In this document: piece after piece, positions 39,584 to 49,498 of the stretch
How positions within the stretch are numbered: the stretch's first letter is position 1
Layout of the letters: every line of letters begins with the position of its first letter
IMG/VR virus record: IMGVR_UViG_3300031414_000013
Span: 33,081-97,080 of that record
Source: a virus
Length of the DNA: 64,000 nucleotides
Reading direction: 5' to 3' (one strand)
Made by a program: the position numbers and the translations under genes
Notes under the pieces: model-generated
Told to the model about the DNA's origin: nothing
What the model saw: only the letters and a program-made list of their open reading frames with translations
The model's database searches: none

Positions 39584-40039
39584 CTAAATGTCTTTGAACT
39601 TTGCTGAGCACATAACAAAGATTTCATCGGGTGGGAATTTAAGTGTGTCGCGATTAACGCACTTAACTTCGACGGTGGCCAACTCAGGTCGCTCTTGTTT
39701 ATAGATCTTGTCTTTTACTTTCGTATAGACAAACTCCAGCTCAAGTTTCTCGCCGTATAAACCATCAGCAATAACTTTAGCACGCACACAGCCTGTGGCG
39801 TATCCGCAGTCAGTTAATGCTGTAGTCTCAATGGGTAGTGTAATTCTTTCTACCGTAAAAGGTACAGACGTACCATTCACAATAACTGCATTCACTTCCC
39901 CGGACTCGTATTTACTGTGCAAGCCCACACCCATAAATGCATCAACCAGCTTCAATGGGTGGTCGATATCGAATCGTACTTCACGCAGTGCCATAGCCCT
40001 GTCCTCATTGTCTTCGTTCATATTATGAACTAACCCCAT
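39584..40039 (-). CDS. Hypothetical protein
   Basis: 151-aa ORF divergent from the helicase. Confidence 0.6.
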   Translation of the reverse strand: MGLVHNMNEDNEDRAMALREVRFDIDHPLKLVDAFMGVGLHSKYESGEVNAVIVNGTSVPFTVERITLPIETTALTDCGYATGCVRAKVIADGLYGEKLELEFVYTKVKDKIYKQERPELATVEVKCVNRDTLKFPPDEIFVMCSAKFKDI

Positions 40040-40068
40040 TTTAACCTACCCTGGTCGGAGTAAAAGAA

Positions 40069-42081
40069 ATGCAAGATTACCTGAGTAGACTACTCGGGAT
40101 GATAGACGTTAAAGAGGAAGGCAATAACGTCATTATCACGGGTCTGCCAGGCGATGATGTCGTGGCTGATATCTATCGTTACTGGCGCACAAGCAAAATC
40201 GCCTCCAACATGTTTAGCTTCCAGGGTAAGTCTAAAATCATACTTCCCAAGTTCTTCGCGCTTGAATTCATGTACATGCTCGATGAACTACGTCGCTCCA
40301 ACACTGGACGCACGTCAGCCCGAACGCTGAATAATATCCGTAAAGAACTCGTTGAGAAAACGTGGTTATCTGGTATTACGTCTGACAATGTTCCTCGTTT
40401 CTTGAACCGTAGCCGTTTGGGGCTGTTTGTTAAGCAACCACTCAAACATCAGCGTGAGTTCCTCGATGCCTACGAGGACATCACCCCGCGATACAACCTT
40501 AATGGTTACGTAGTTGCGATGGGTGTGGGTACGGGCAAGACGCTGGCTTCACTATATCTGGCAGAGTGTCTCGATGTAGATTGCATCCTGATGATCCCAC
40601 CGGCACGTGCAGTCAAGACAGTATGGATTCCAACACTCAAGTCTGAGTACAAGAAACCAAACGATGTCTGGGTTGCATCCGACGGTACGCCTTTCCCAAA
40701 CAAACCACCGCGCTATAGCATCTTCCACTACGAGTCACTTCCGTATCTGAAAGAATGTATCAAAACCTTCCGTGGTAAGCGTGTGGCCGTTATCCTCGAT
40801 GAGTCACATAACCTCAACGAGTTGTCTGCTGAACGCACACAGATGATGTTGGCGGCGGTAGAAGCCATCAATCCAGTCTCAACGATGTGGTGCTCTGCTA
40901 CCCCAATCAAAGCACTGGGTTCAGAAATGATTCCAATGCTCCGTTCGTTTGACCCACTGTTCACACCAGACGTAGAGATGCGCTTTAAGCAGATCTTTGG
41001 TAAGAACAGTTCCAAGGCGACCGACATCATTAACAACCGCATGGGTGTAGTGAGTTACAAGGTTGAGGTGGTTAAATCCAAACCGTCTTACAGTGACGTA
41101 CCGATTCAGGTGCCCAACGCAACACCATTCACACTGGACCAGTTGAAAGATGACATGATTCGTTTCATTAAAGAACGCATGAATTATTATAAGGCGAACT
41201 TTAAACAATTCGAAGACATCTACAACCGGGCGTTGCTTATCCATCAGCAGTCATTGCGCACCACTGAAGAGATGACCGACTTCCGCACCTATAACGAATA
41301 CGTTAACATTATTCGTAAGGGTTACGATCCAGCAACAATGGTTGATATGGCAGCCTTCTGTAACAAATACGAACTGAATCGTATTATGCCATCCTTACCT
41401 CAGCAGATGCGTGCTATCTTCAAAGACAGTCGCTCTGTAATCAAGTATGTCGACTTGAAGGTACGTGGTGAGTGTCTGGGTCGTATTGTTGGGCGTCGTC
41501 GTACTGAGGCTGTTCTGGCTACGATTCCACATGCACGTATTCCAGAGATCGTTCGCGGTGCTCAGAAGAAGACGGTTATCTTCACGTCTTATGTTGAAGG
41601 CGTGCAGATGGCAGAAGCCATTTGTAAACAGGCCGGTCTGAAACCATTGGTTGTTTATGGTGATACCAATAAAAACCTGAAGGCGATTACTGATCAGTTT
41701 ACCAACGATCCAAATGCTAACCCGTTGATTGCGACCTACCAGTCTCTTTCTACAGCGGTTCCGTTGACAGCAGCATCTACGATGCTTGCGTTAAATTTAC
41801 CTTTCCGTGAGCATGACTATCAGCAAGCTGTTGGACGTATTGACCGTATCAACCAGGATACCCCAACTGAGGTCATTAACCTTGTGCTGGATACCGGTAA
41901 GATGGAAAACATCACTGGTCGTACTGTCGATATCTTGCGTTGGTCTAAAGATCAGGTTGATCAGATCATGGGTGAGAAAGCAGGCTACACGGTTGAGTTG
42001 TCAATGGAGAGTTACAACCATAACAACTTGATCGAAAACTGCTACGGTCTGCGTGTTCCGTACTTCTCTCGTGCAGCATAA
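40069..42081 (+). CDS. SNF2/DEAH-like SF2 helicase (phiKZ-type)
   Basis: MGVGTGKT, LDESH, SATP, QAVGRIDRINQ. Confidence 0.9.
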   Translation: MQDYLSRLLGMIDVKEEGNNVIITGLPGDDVVADIYRYWRTSKIASNMFSFQGKSKIILPKFFALEFMYMLDELRRSNTGRTSARTLNNIRKELVEKTWLSGITSDNVPRFLNRSRLGLFVKQPLKHQREFLDAYEDITPRYNLNGYVVAMGVGTGKTLASLYLAECLDVDCILMIPPARAVKTVWIPTLKSEYKKPNDVWVASDGTPFPNKPPRYSIFHYESLPYLKECIKTFRGKRVAVILDESHNLNELSAERTQMMLAAVEAINPVSTMWCSATPIKALGSEMIPMLRSFDPLFTPDVEMRFKQIFGKNSSKATDIINNRMGVVSYKVEVVKSKPSYSDVPIQVPNATPFTLDQLKDDMIRFIKERMNYYKANFKQFEDIYNRALLIHQQSLRTTEEMTDFRTYNEYVNIIRKGYDPATMVDMAAFCNKYELNRIMPSLPQQMRAIFKDSRSVIKYVDLKVRGECLGRIVGRRRTEAVLATIPHARIPEIVRGAQKKTVIFTSYVEGVQMAEAICKQAGLKPLVVYGDTNKNLKAITDQFTNDPNANPLIATYQSLSTAVPLTAASTMLALNLPFREHDYQQAVGRIDRINQDTPTEVINLVLDTGKMENITGRTVDILRWSKDQVDQIMGEKAGYTVELSMESYNHNNLIENCYGLRVPYFSRAA

Positions 42082-42139
42082 AAAAAAAATAAGCCTGAGT
42101 GCTCCTCTTCCCCGAAGGGAAGAGGAGTCTCTTTATGCC
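42080..42139. terminator. Bidirectional terminator between convergent genes
   Basis: CTCCTCTTCC/GGAAGAGGAG stem; TTTATGCC on plus side; displaced T10 on minus side. Confidence 0.85.
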
Positions 42140-42717
42140 ATCTTTGCCAGCGGCTCGAAATGTTCGTGCTTACTAACCAATCGAGTCTTCCTACTGTAAA
42201 CTACTGACTTTACATTAGGCCGCGACATGACTTCTATCAATACCCGTCCCTGTATCTTCAGGAAAGTCTTGTCCTTGCCGAACAACCCAGACTCCAACTC
42301 ACGATGGATTAGTATGTTACCCATACGCAACAGGAACAAGTCTACCTCGCCGTCACTGACCGCCAAAGTGTCTGCACCTGGGTTTAGTTTCAGCTTATAC
42401 AGGTTCTTGCGCGAGCTACGTCCTTTATCCGTACCCAAGTGGATCATGCGTCCGATGGCGTCGCAAATCAGCTTACGTGAGAGCGGATACAGGTCTCCAT
42501 GATAATAGATACCTATCAACTGGGTTAATTCACCCTGTGTGTTTATCACAGTGATACCGTCAAAGTCTTGCACACGATGCATATCGCTGGATAGACTCAG
42601 GATTGGTCTTTCTTTGCTGTAGATTGTGGCACTCTCGACTTCGCCGTGTTTACCCACACATCCGTAAATAGACATTGCTCCATCTTTAGCGTAGAAAGTT
42701 TGGTTAGTCTTGCGCAT
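42133..42717 (-). CDS. Hypothetical protein
   Basis: 194 aa, AAGGAAAA RBS. Confidence 0.7.
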   Translation of the reverse strand: MRKTNQTFYAKDGAMSIYGCVGKHGEVESATIYSKERPILSLSSDMHRVQDFDGITVINTQGELTQLIGIYYHGDLYPLSRKLICDAIGRMIHLGTDKGRSSRKNLYKLKLNPGADTLAVSDGEVDLFLLRMGNILIHRELESGLFGKDKTFLKIQGRVLIEVMSRPNVKSVVYSRKTRLVSKHEHFEPLAKMA

Positions 42718-42733
42718 TTCTTTTCCTTATAAC

Positions 42734-42769
42734 GGACATAATAGCGAGAGGGTGTGGCCACACCCTCTC
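42734..42769 (-). terminator. Hairpin with TATTATGTCC tail
   Basis: GAGAGGGTGT/ACACCCTCTC. Confidence 0.65.
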
Positions 42770-42780
42770 TTGTTGGTAAT

Positions 42781-43497
42781 TTAAATGTGCGCCTTTTGTG
42801 TGCGGCTATGGGTAGTGTAAGCGTAGTCGTACTTCATCAACGCGCGAGCGGATGCTTCCGAACCATAAGTACGCTTAGGTGCATTCATCATGCCAGCCAT
42901 CTTTGTTTTGAATTGGCCGACAGTCATCGCCTTCCCATTGTTATAGAAATGGTTACGATTGTGCTTAGCCTGCATCGGAGTGACGTCACGTGCCAATCGA
43001 TTGTTACCGGCTTTAAGCATTTTGATAGCGCCGCCTATTCCTAAGAAGTGGGCAGTGTAGACTTCAGAAGGTGTTACCTCACGGTGTAGTCGCGCAACAA
43101 GAATCCCGCGATTCTTCTTCCACAGTTCAGCACTCATTAAAGCATTCGCCATTGGGTTGGACATTTTGGTTTTCCGGCTCAAGCCGTACTTAGGTCCAAA
43201 CTCTTTTAACATGGCTTGCCAAGTACCAGGTTCAAACTGAAATAGACCACGTTTATGGTCGCCTTTGAATTTAGATTCAATGTAGGCAACGGCTGCCATA
43301 TTGGCAGGGTCTACTTGAGCTTTGACAGATGCCTTTACAATAACAGAGCGGTGCTTAGCCCAATTATCGTAGTGGGGGTTGGCCGCAGAAACAGATGCGT
43401 GTGCGTTAGTTTGTAAGAACATGAGTAAGCACAGGGCTAGCGCAATATACGCTACAAAGCCGAAGCTCATTTTCTTACAGAAGTTAGTGGATTTCAT
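42781..43497 (-). CDS. Lytic transglycosylase (phiKZ gp144-like catalytic domain) with signal peptide
   Basis: AYIESKF (catalytic Glu), GLFQF..GTW, YTAHFLG.GGA; N-terminal TM ending AHA. Confidence 0.88.
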   Translation of the reverse strand: MKSTNFCKKMSFGFVAYIALALCLLMFLQTNAHASVSAANPHYDNWAKHRSVIVKASVKAQVDPANMAAVAYIESKFKGDHKRGLFQFEPGTWQAMLKEFGPKYGLSRKTKMSNPMANALMSAELWKKNRGILVARLHREVTPSEVYTAHFLGIGGAIKMLKAGNNRLARDVTPMQAKHNRNHFYNNGKAMTVGQFKTKMAGMMNAPKRTYGSEASARALMKYDYAYTTHSRTQKAHI

Positions 43498-43608
43498 TTT
43501 TAAAGATCCTTAGCGTTTTCGGCCTAGCGACGGCCATGCGTTCAGGTAGCAGGATTGCTGTGTGTGTTGTCGCTTATGGTTATCCTTTTTATTACGACGT
43601 GAGGTGAT

Positions 43609-44193
43609 TTATACAATGGGAGAGAACTGTACTTTATTACCCGGTGAACACAGGACTTGTTTGTACAAGCTGTGCATCGCGGCGTAGGTACCGTCAACAC
43701 TCCAATCGATGTTTGCTTTCTTAGAACGAGATAGCGTGAACTCTCCGTGGCATTGCCGTAGCAGAGGGTGCTTCGCATACAATGTATACCAGTATTCGTG
43801 CTTTCTTATCTCCAACGTTGTTGAGAAATAGACAACCACAGGCGGGTACCCTGGTGTCGTATACGAATCGTGGAACCAGGTAGAGATAGCATAGGCTACG
43901 TTCTCCAGTTCGATGTCCGTTGGTGCTACTTGATACAACCATACACTAGCATAGCGAGTGGGTGTGACTTTCATATACAACCAAGCACACGGCTTTGGCC
44001 TACCACGTGTCAACGCCTCACTTGCATAAAAAGTTAGCTGGCCATCAACTTCAATGTAGAAATCTTTCAGGTGTTTAGTTTTTGGTCGTCTGTTCCTTAG
44101 TATGGACACACGTTTTGATTTGAAAGATCGCTTGGAAAGGCTAGAGTTGTCTACGCCCCAAGTAGGCAGCAACTCAATGGTGCTCTGTGACAT
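43609..44193 (-). CDS. Hypothetical basic early protein
   Basis: Start MSQST behind AAGGAA, just after an early promoter. Confidence 0.7.
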   Translation of the reverse strand: MSQSTIELLPTWGVDNSSLSKRSFKSKRVSILRNRRPKTKHLKDFYIEVDGQLTFYASEALTRGRPKPCAWLYMKVTPTRYASVWLYQVAPTDIELENVAYAISTWFHDSYTTPGYPPVVVYFSTTLEIRKHEYWYTLYAKHPLLRQCHGEFTLSRSKKANIDWSVDGTYAAMHSLYKQVLCSPGNKVQFSPIV

Positions 44194-44225
44194 TTGGTTC
44201 TGTTCCTTTATGGTGACTCTACAGT

Positions 44226-44252
44226 AGGATAATGTATATCTGAAAATGTGAT
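44226..44252 (-). promoter_or_regulatory. Putative early promoter
   Basis: ATCACATTTTCAGATATACATTATCC. Confidence 0.75.
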
Positions 44253-44281
44253 GGCATAAAACCCACCCCCGAAGGAGTGGG
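44253..44281 (-). terminator. Hairpin + TTTTATGCC abutting an early promoter
   Basis: CCCACTCC-TTCG-GGGGTGGG-TTTTATGCC. Confidence 0.8.
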
Positions 44282-44288
44282 CTACGTA

Positions 44289-45812
44289 TTACTTGGTATA
44301 CATCTGCAACCAACGACCTACATCACGCAGGTAGTGGCAGAACATGAAGAGAGGCGAGTACGTAAAGTCACTTGCACTATCCGGACGGGATTGGAAATAG
44401 AACTCATCATACAGCTCTTCGCCAAACTCTGAGTCATAACCAAATGCATCGTTCTCCCACACGCCGCTATCACAACCTGAACCCATGAAAGGAATCATGT
44501 CGTGGAGTTTAGCGTAGTCGGTAGCAAAGCTCAGCAGGGCTTTACCAGCAGCCACTACGTCTTCTTCGGTCAGGTCAGGTACATCGAGTGCTTCTTTGTA
44601 CGTAACCTTGATCTCTTCTACCGCATTGAACTTGGCCTTTGGATTATAACGCAGAACGTAACCACCCATCAGCTCACCGCTAGTGAGATTAGGTTTAAGC
44701 GGGTACGGAATTTTCTGCGCTTTATCCAGAGTGTCTTTGGCTACCGCTTCAGCATCTTCACCACGCTTGATACGTGTCTGTGCGTCATCTTCCAGATCGC
44801 TCAATGCCTTAGCATAAGTTTTACACGCCGGGAGAACAGAGTCCAAGAGCACTTTAATGCGGCGCAGTGCTTCTGGTACGCCCTGGGCTGGCAGCAACAC
44901 TTTACCGTCTACAGACAGTCGACACGCCAACTCTTTATCGATTGTTCCCGACAGGGGGTGGTAGTTGTGTTTTACCCAGCCTGGATTAGCGAAGGTCTTC
45001 TCGATCTCTTTACGTTGTTCCTGCGCCCAACGAGAGTCAGTCAGTTTCTTACCGTCCTTCTCATCGCCTGGTGAGGGTTTATTATAACCCTTGAACATCG
45101 CTACGATACCATCAAAGATGCCTTCCTGTGAGACTGTGAAAGACTCAGTAGAAGCTTGTGTGTTGATAGCGCCGGTGTTACCGGTTGCAGGGGAAGTACC
45201 AGGCTCAGCCTGTGCAGGTTGCGAAAACTCCTGCGCGCGTTCTTCCTGGACTGCATTAACCAGACCTGCCGCCGTGACAGGCGCTTTCGGTGTGTCCGCC
45301 GGTGGTGCTGCATCCTGTTGTTCCGCCTTACGCACTAAAGCCTGAGTATCCAGAAGTTTGCCATCTGGGGATTTGTCATTGTACTGGTTAAACCAATCAA
45401 TGAGTTCTTCCATACTCAGCAGAACAGTTACATTGTTACGCTCGAGAAGACGCTTAGCGGAAACAATGGAACTCCACTGTTGTTCACTAAAGGCTTTGTC
45501 TTCGAAGCTTGGTAGAAATGCCACAACCACAACTTTCTCAGAACGGATTGCGTCTTCAGTCATTTCGAGGTAACTGTAGCAACCTTCCTGATACGGCGTG
45601 ATGGCATAAAGGATAACGTCTGCTTCCCCACGCACAGCCAGTTCAGTTTCTTTGGCTTCCTCAGTCCATTCACTGACGATTGGATTGAACCAGCGGAAAC
45701 TTTGACCCACCTGTTGGCAGAGACGCTCACGCCACTTTGGTCCTGTGCTCGTACCGCCCATGAAGACGATAGGCGCATTCCCTTCAGCAGCAAGTGCTTC
45801 ACGAATACCCAT
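44289..45812 (-). CDS. Probable head protein with N-terminal nucleoside 2-deoxyribosyltransferase-like domain
   Basis: VFMGG....WR...FNP...W....E...AD..L..I.P....SYLE; Ala/Pro/Thr linker with S/A-x-E sites; SQEGIFDGI. Confidence 0.65.
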   Translation of the reverse strand: MGIREALAAEGNAPIVFMGGTSTGPKWRERLCQQVGQSFRWFNPIVSEWTEEAKETELAVRGEADVILYAITPYQEGCYSYLEMTEDAIRSEKVVVVAFLPSFEDKAFSEQQWSSIVSAKRLLERNNVTVLLSMEELIDWFNQYNDKSPDGKLLDTQALVRKAEQQDAAPPADTPKAPVTAAGLVNAVQEERAQEFSQPAQAEPGTSPATGNTGAINTQASTESFTVSQEGIFDGIVAMFKGYNKPSPGDEKDGKKLTDSRWAQEQRKEIEKTFANPGWVKHNYHPLSGTIDKELACRLSVDGKVLLPAQGVPEALRRIKVLLDSVLPACKTYAKALSDLEDDAQTRIKRGEDAEAVAKDTLDKAQKIPYPLKPNLTSGELMGGYVLRYNPKAKFNAVEEIKVTYKEALDVPDLTEEDVVAAGKALLSFATDYAKLHDMIPFMGSGCDSGVWENDAFGYDSEFGEELYDEFYFQSRPDSASDFTYSPLFMFCHYLRDVGRWLQMYTK

Positions 45813-45852
45813 TACAAACTCCTTAACGGCGGGCTTTCACCCGCCTCAGTTT

Positions 45853-46851
45853 TTACATAAAGAAACCGTCTTCAGTAGGCTGGTCTTTATCGTCGATAAT
45901 GCTGCGGTTGTCTTTACGAGCCGCGCGGCGTTTCTCAACTTCTTCCAGCTTACCTTTGACCAGATCAGCGATAGCCGGGATTGCCTGAACGCTCACAACA
46001 AAGTGATAGCTCTGGTATTCACGGCCGTCTTTAGGATGGTAGCCAACGGTGCTGTAGTCCGGCATCACGCCACCCAGGGTTTCAGACGCATTGCTGATAA
46101 CAGATGCGATTGAGATTGGGTCAGCTACGTCAGACAGTTGTGACGCGTCGGTAACAACCTGCATCAGTGCCAGCTGTGGCTTAACATTGATACCTGGGAT
46201 ACGATCGGGACGCAGGAAGTTCAGGATGTCTGCGGTGTCCAGCTCGGTAATACGCGGACCACACATGACACTGACTGCGGCAATGATCGCTTTTACTTTA
46301 GCATCAACTGCTGCACGCTCTGAGTTATCGCCATTGTCTTCATAGGCAACCGGAATGAACATCCCGTTGGTACGGGCTTTACCGTCCAGCGTCTTTAACG
46401 CGTCCAGGGTGTTCTTAACGGTCAGCGCATTTTCGCTACTGCCCACGACGATACCGATCGCGCGTTCGCCACGTTTGATTAGTTCCATCAGTACGTTGGT
46501 ACCTTCAGTGTTACCGGAACCACCAGACAGAGAGAAGGCAACGATGTTCATTGCAGCAGGCGGCATGTTCAACAGAATCTGATTTGTTGAGTTATCCGCG
46601 CTAAATGCTTTGTGGGACTCAATGCGCAGTTTACCTGCACCGTCCATACCTTGAACGACATAGACGTCTTCGTCGCGCTCATCACCGCGCAGGTTAGCGG
46701 TTTTACTGGTGTCGACGTAACCCACCTTAATTTCCGGCAGATTAGTGGCTTCGATCAGTTCTTTGTTTTCTGGCAGCGACAGATCCCATGGGCGAGTGGT
46801 GTTAATACCAAAACCGCCAACCCCATAGATACGTACAGATCCTAAACTCAT
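45853..46851 (-). CDS. phuZ: PhuZ phage tubulin
   Basis: GVGGFGIN, DTS, GAGK, SLSGGSG, LDTADI, acidic tail IIDDKDQPTEDGFFM; start MSLGS. Confidence 0.93.
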   Translation of the reverse strand: MSLGSVRIYGVGGFGINTTRPWDLSLPENKELIEATNLPEIKVGYVDTSKTANLRGDERDEDVYVVQGMDGAGKLRIESHKAFSADNSTNQILLNMPPAAMNIVAFSLSGGSGNTEGTNVLMELIKRGERAIGIVVGSSENALTVKNTLDALKTLDGKARTNGMFIPVAYEDNGDNSERAAVDAKVKAIIAAVSVMCGPRITELDTADILNFLRPDRIPGINVKPQLALMQVVTDASQLSDVADPISIASVISNASETLGGVMPDYSTVGYHPKDGREYQSYHFVVSVQAIPAIADLVKGKLEEVEKRRAARKDNRSIIDDKDQPTEDGFFM

Positions 46852-46895
46852 TGTAAGCCTCATTTTGTAAATTAGTCCATACCATTGGAGGTTGT

Positions 46896-47711
46896 ATGAA
46901 CGCCATTGATAAGGCACTGCAAGAAATCAGAGCGACCATTCCGCTTCCGATTCTACAGCGCTCCTTTATTAACACAATCGAACATTACCAGATGTTGAAC
47001 GTTTCTCTGGATAGTGTTATTCGTGACCAGGTCATTTCCCAGCGCGTTTGGGCAGACTGTAGCTTGCAAGGTGCACAGCAAGTCTTGATCCCATTCAGTA
47101 ACTTGAAGCCTATCCAACCGGACACGTATTCCTTCATCTATCGCATTCCAAAAAGCATGACCAATGGTCGTAGCATAATGTCTGTGTTGGATGTAGTTTA
47201 TTACGTAGCCCAAGGGGTAGTTGCTTCCGGTGGTACGTTCAAAATGGGGAACACTAACGAGAACTCACCATTACTTCAGGCAGGTAAAGCATTGCTTGAT
47301 GTCGAGGGTAATATCTCGCAGATCTCCACAGCGAACGCACAGATCATCGGTGAGAACGTAATCTTCGTTAACGATAACTCCGGACTAGTAGTATCCGGTG
47401 GCGCACACGTTAAACTGGCGCATGACGAACAGTTCTCGAATATCAAACCTGAACTCTACGGTGCCTTCGCTAAACTCTGCGTACTGGCAACCAAAGCCTG
47501 GATCTTTAACAACATGGAGATCATCATCGATCGAAATGAAGTCTGGTCCGGCATGGTGGTAGGTAAGTTCAAAGAGATTGTGGATCGCTATTCGAGTGCT
47601 GAAGAAATGTACCAGGAGTACAAAGACACAACGTGGCGTAAAGCACAGGTGTCCGCTGACTATGTGACTTCTAACCGCATCATTCGCGGGATGTTCGGTT
47701 TCGCTCGTTAA
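46896..47711 (+). CDS. Conserved phiKZ-like protein, probably structural
   Basis: 271 aa, GGAGG RBS, divergent from phuZ. Confidence 0.75.
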   Translation: MNAIDKALQEIRATIPLPILQRSFINTIEHYQMLNVSLDSVIRDQVISQRVWADCSLQGAQQVLIPFSNLKPIQPDTYSFIYRIPKSMTNGRSIMSVLDVVYYVAQGVVASGGTFKMGNTNENSPLLQAGKALLDVEGNISQISTANAQIIGENVIFVNDNSGLVVSGGAHVKLAHDEQFSNIKPELYGAFAKLCVLATKAWIFNNMEIIIDRNEVWSGMVVGKFKEIVDRYSSAEEMYQEYKDTTWRKAQVSADYVTSNRIIRGMFGFAR

Positions 47712-48189
47712 GATAAGCCAACGTCAGTCGACCAGCCAACTCAACAGTGTACTCTTTACCCGGCACGATAAGTTGATGTCCCATGTGGATGTAGTACCAG
47801 TAGTCTGGTTGACCACGGCGATAGAACGGAATGTTCGTTCCTTGGCCTGGTATCGGATAGGTCGTTACCACGCCGAGTAAATTATCGTCCAGGTACAGGT
47901 AATGAACGAATAGGTCGGAGTCATCTAAGATCAACTCGCCCACATCCAGTATCTGATGCGGTTCTTCAAGCTTGGTCTTCACCCAGCGCTGTAAGATCTC
48001 CAGGTAAGGTTCAGGCGAACGATCTTCGCTACGGTCCATCTTAACCAGACTATAGTTACCGTGTTCGTCCAACAGTAACGCAATCAGATTGCCGACACTG
48101 TAATCAAGACTAAAGGTAACTTTGCCGTCGCTGGTTTCCATGACAGTCATGGGATCTGGTACTTCACTTTCAACAACGTTAGTTTCCAT
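47680..48189 (-). CDS. Early paralog family member
   Basis: See the paralog-family finding. Confidence 0.7.
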   Translation of the reverse strand: METNVVESEVPDPMTVMETSDGKVTFSLDYSVGNLIALLLDEHGNYSLVKMDRSEDRSPEPYLEILQRWVKTKLEEPHQILDVGELILDDSDLFVHYLYLDDNLLGVVTTYPIPGQGTNIPFYRRGQPDYWYYIHMGHQLIVPGKEYTVELAGRLTLAYLNERNRTSRE

Positions 48190-48198
48190 AATCTCACC

Positions 48199-48250
48199 AA
48201 AAAAAAAATAGTCTTAGGCTAGCCTCCCGATGGGAGGCTAGTTTATGCCC
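48199..48250. terminator. Bidirectional-type terminator
   Basis: CTAGCCTCCC/GGGAGGCTAG; TTTATGCC on plus side; displaced T10 on minus side. Confidence 0.8.
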
Positions 48251-48261
48251 GCAGATGCGGA

Positions 48262-48621
48262 TTAATGAAAGCAGCGTTTAATCATGGTTTGAATATCGAA
48301 CAGTTCGATAGACCCACCAACGACTTTACCGACTACAGTCTTACCCAACTTAACTTCGCCGTTCTTCTCACGCAGCTCACCTACCGCCCATACTTTGAAT
48401 GGGATGCGCGTGGCTTTAGCGTAATCAACAGCTGCTTCGATTACCGACTCTGGGAGCAGGCGATCAGATGGGTCTACCATCGGGTATGCACGCATCAGTA
48501 CCAACTCACCGTTCTGCTGAACGAGTGCGGTCACTGTATTGATGCTCAGTTCAGTACTCAGAACGATCTCTGCGTTGAAATCGTTGTCGGTGTTCAGGAT
48601 GATATTGGTTGATGCGTTCAT
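48262..48621 (-). CDS. Early paralog family member
   Basis: 119 aa, TAAGGAA RBS. Confidence 0.75.
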   Translation of the reverse strand: MNASTNIILNTDNDFNAEIVLSTELSINTVTALVQQNGELVLMRAYPMVDPSDRLLPESVIEAAVDYAKATRIPFKVWAVGELREKNGEVKLGKTVVGKVVGGSIELFDIQTMIKRCFH

Positions 48622-48632
48622 AATGGTATTCC

Positions 48633-49211
48633 TTATAAGTAAGTGGCGATCTTCTCAGCGAGCAGTCTGTTACCCGCATAGATCACAATATGGCGATCGG
48701 CCATGTAATCATTATCGATAAAACCGATCTGTTGATTTTCTGTGGTGTCAACCACAATCAGTCGATACTTAACAAACGGACAGTCTATGACCGTGACGTT
48801 GTCTGTACCCTTTAACAGCTCTACCAGTCTGGTGATTTGGTTGTGCGCATGGTTCCCCGACTTGTAGGTCTTACGGAACATTGCCGAGATAGAACTGTTT
48901 CCGTTCCGGAGATGCTTAACCGCGAAGTTCTTGTCGTAGTGACCAACTTCGCTAAAGTTCACGCTGTCGCCATCTTCAGAACCATGTGTCTCAATGACGT
49001 AGTAGCCATCAGGTCCAGGTGTGAGTTTACTCAACTCTGCTCGGTCGCAGGTACCGCAGTTAATATGGCCAACCACCTTAGCTTCGGTTAGAAGGCTAGC
49101 GTGTTGCGGGGTAGCATACACCACGATATCCAGACCAGTGCAAGACTTGATCCAATCACGCAATGTTTCACCGCCTGGAACTTTTGAGCGCATCTGAAAC
49201 TGTGAGTACAT
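48633..49211 (-). CDS. Hypothetical early protein
   Basis: 192 aa, AAGGAA RBS. Confidence 0.75.
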   Translation of the reverse strand: MYSQFQMRSKVPGGETLRDWIKSCTGLDIVVYATPQHASLLTEAKVVGHINCGTCDRAELSKLTPGPDGYYVIETHGSEDGDSVNFSEVGHYDKNFAVKHLRNGNSSISAMFRKTYKSGNHAHNQITRLVELLKGTDNVTVIDCPFVKYRLIVVDTTENQQIGFIDNDYMADRHIVIYAGNRLLAEKIATYL

Positions 49212-49277
49212 AATCTATTCCTTTTCATAATAAGAGTTTAGGCTGTATTTAAATACAGCCTAGTTTAAAACGACCAA

Positions 49278-49490
49278 CTACAGCTTACGCATTGCTGTGT
49301 CGATTGCGATACCGGCAGCAACTGCTGCGGCAGTAACGCAGAACGAGATGCCCAGCGTAGCGAATTCGCCAACTGGTTCTTCACCGTCTTTCTTGGGTGC
49401 AACGATAGCAGTTGTAACAGATGCTGCTACCAGACCCATAGAAACGCCTACCAGGATAGACGGGATATTTCGTACATTGATATCTAACAT
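49278..49490 (-). CDS. Small two-TM membrane protein
   Basis: 70 aa with two hydrophobic helices. Confidence 0.7.
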   Translation of the reverse strand: MLDINVRNIPSILVGVSMGLVAASVTTAIVAPKKDGEEPVGEFATLGISFCVTAAAVAAGIAIDTAMRKL

Positions 49491-49498
49491 GTGGCCCC

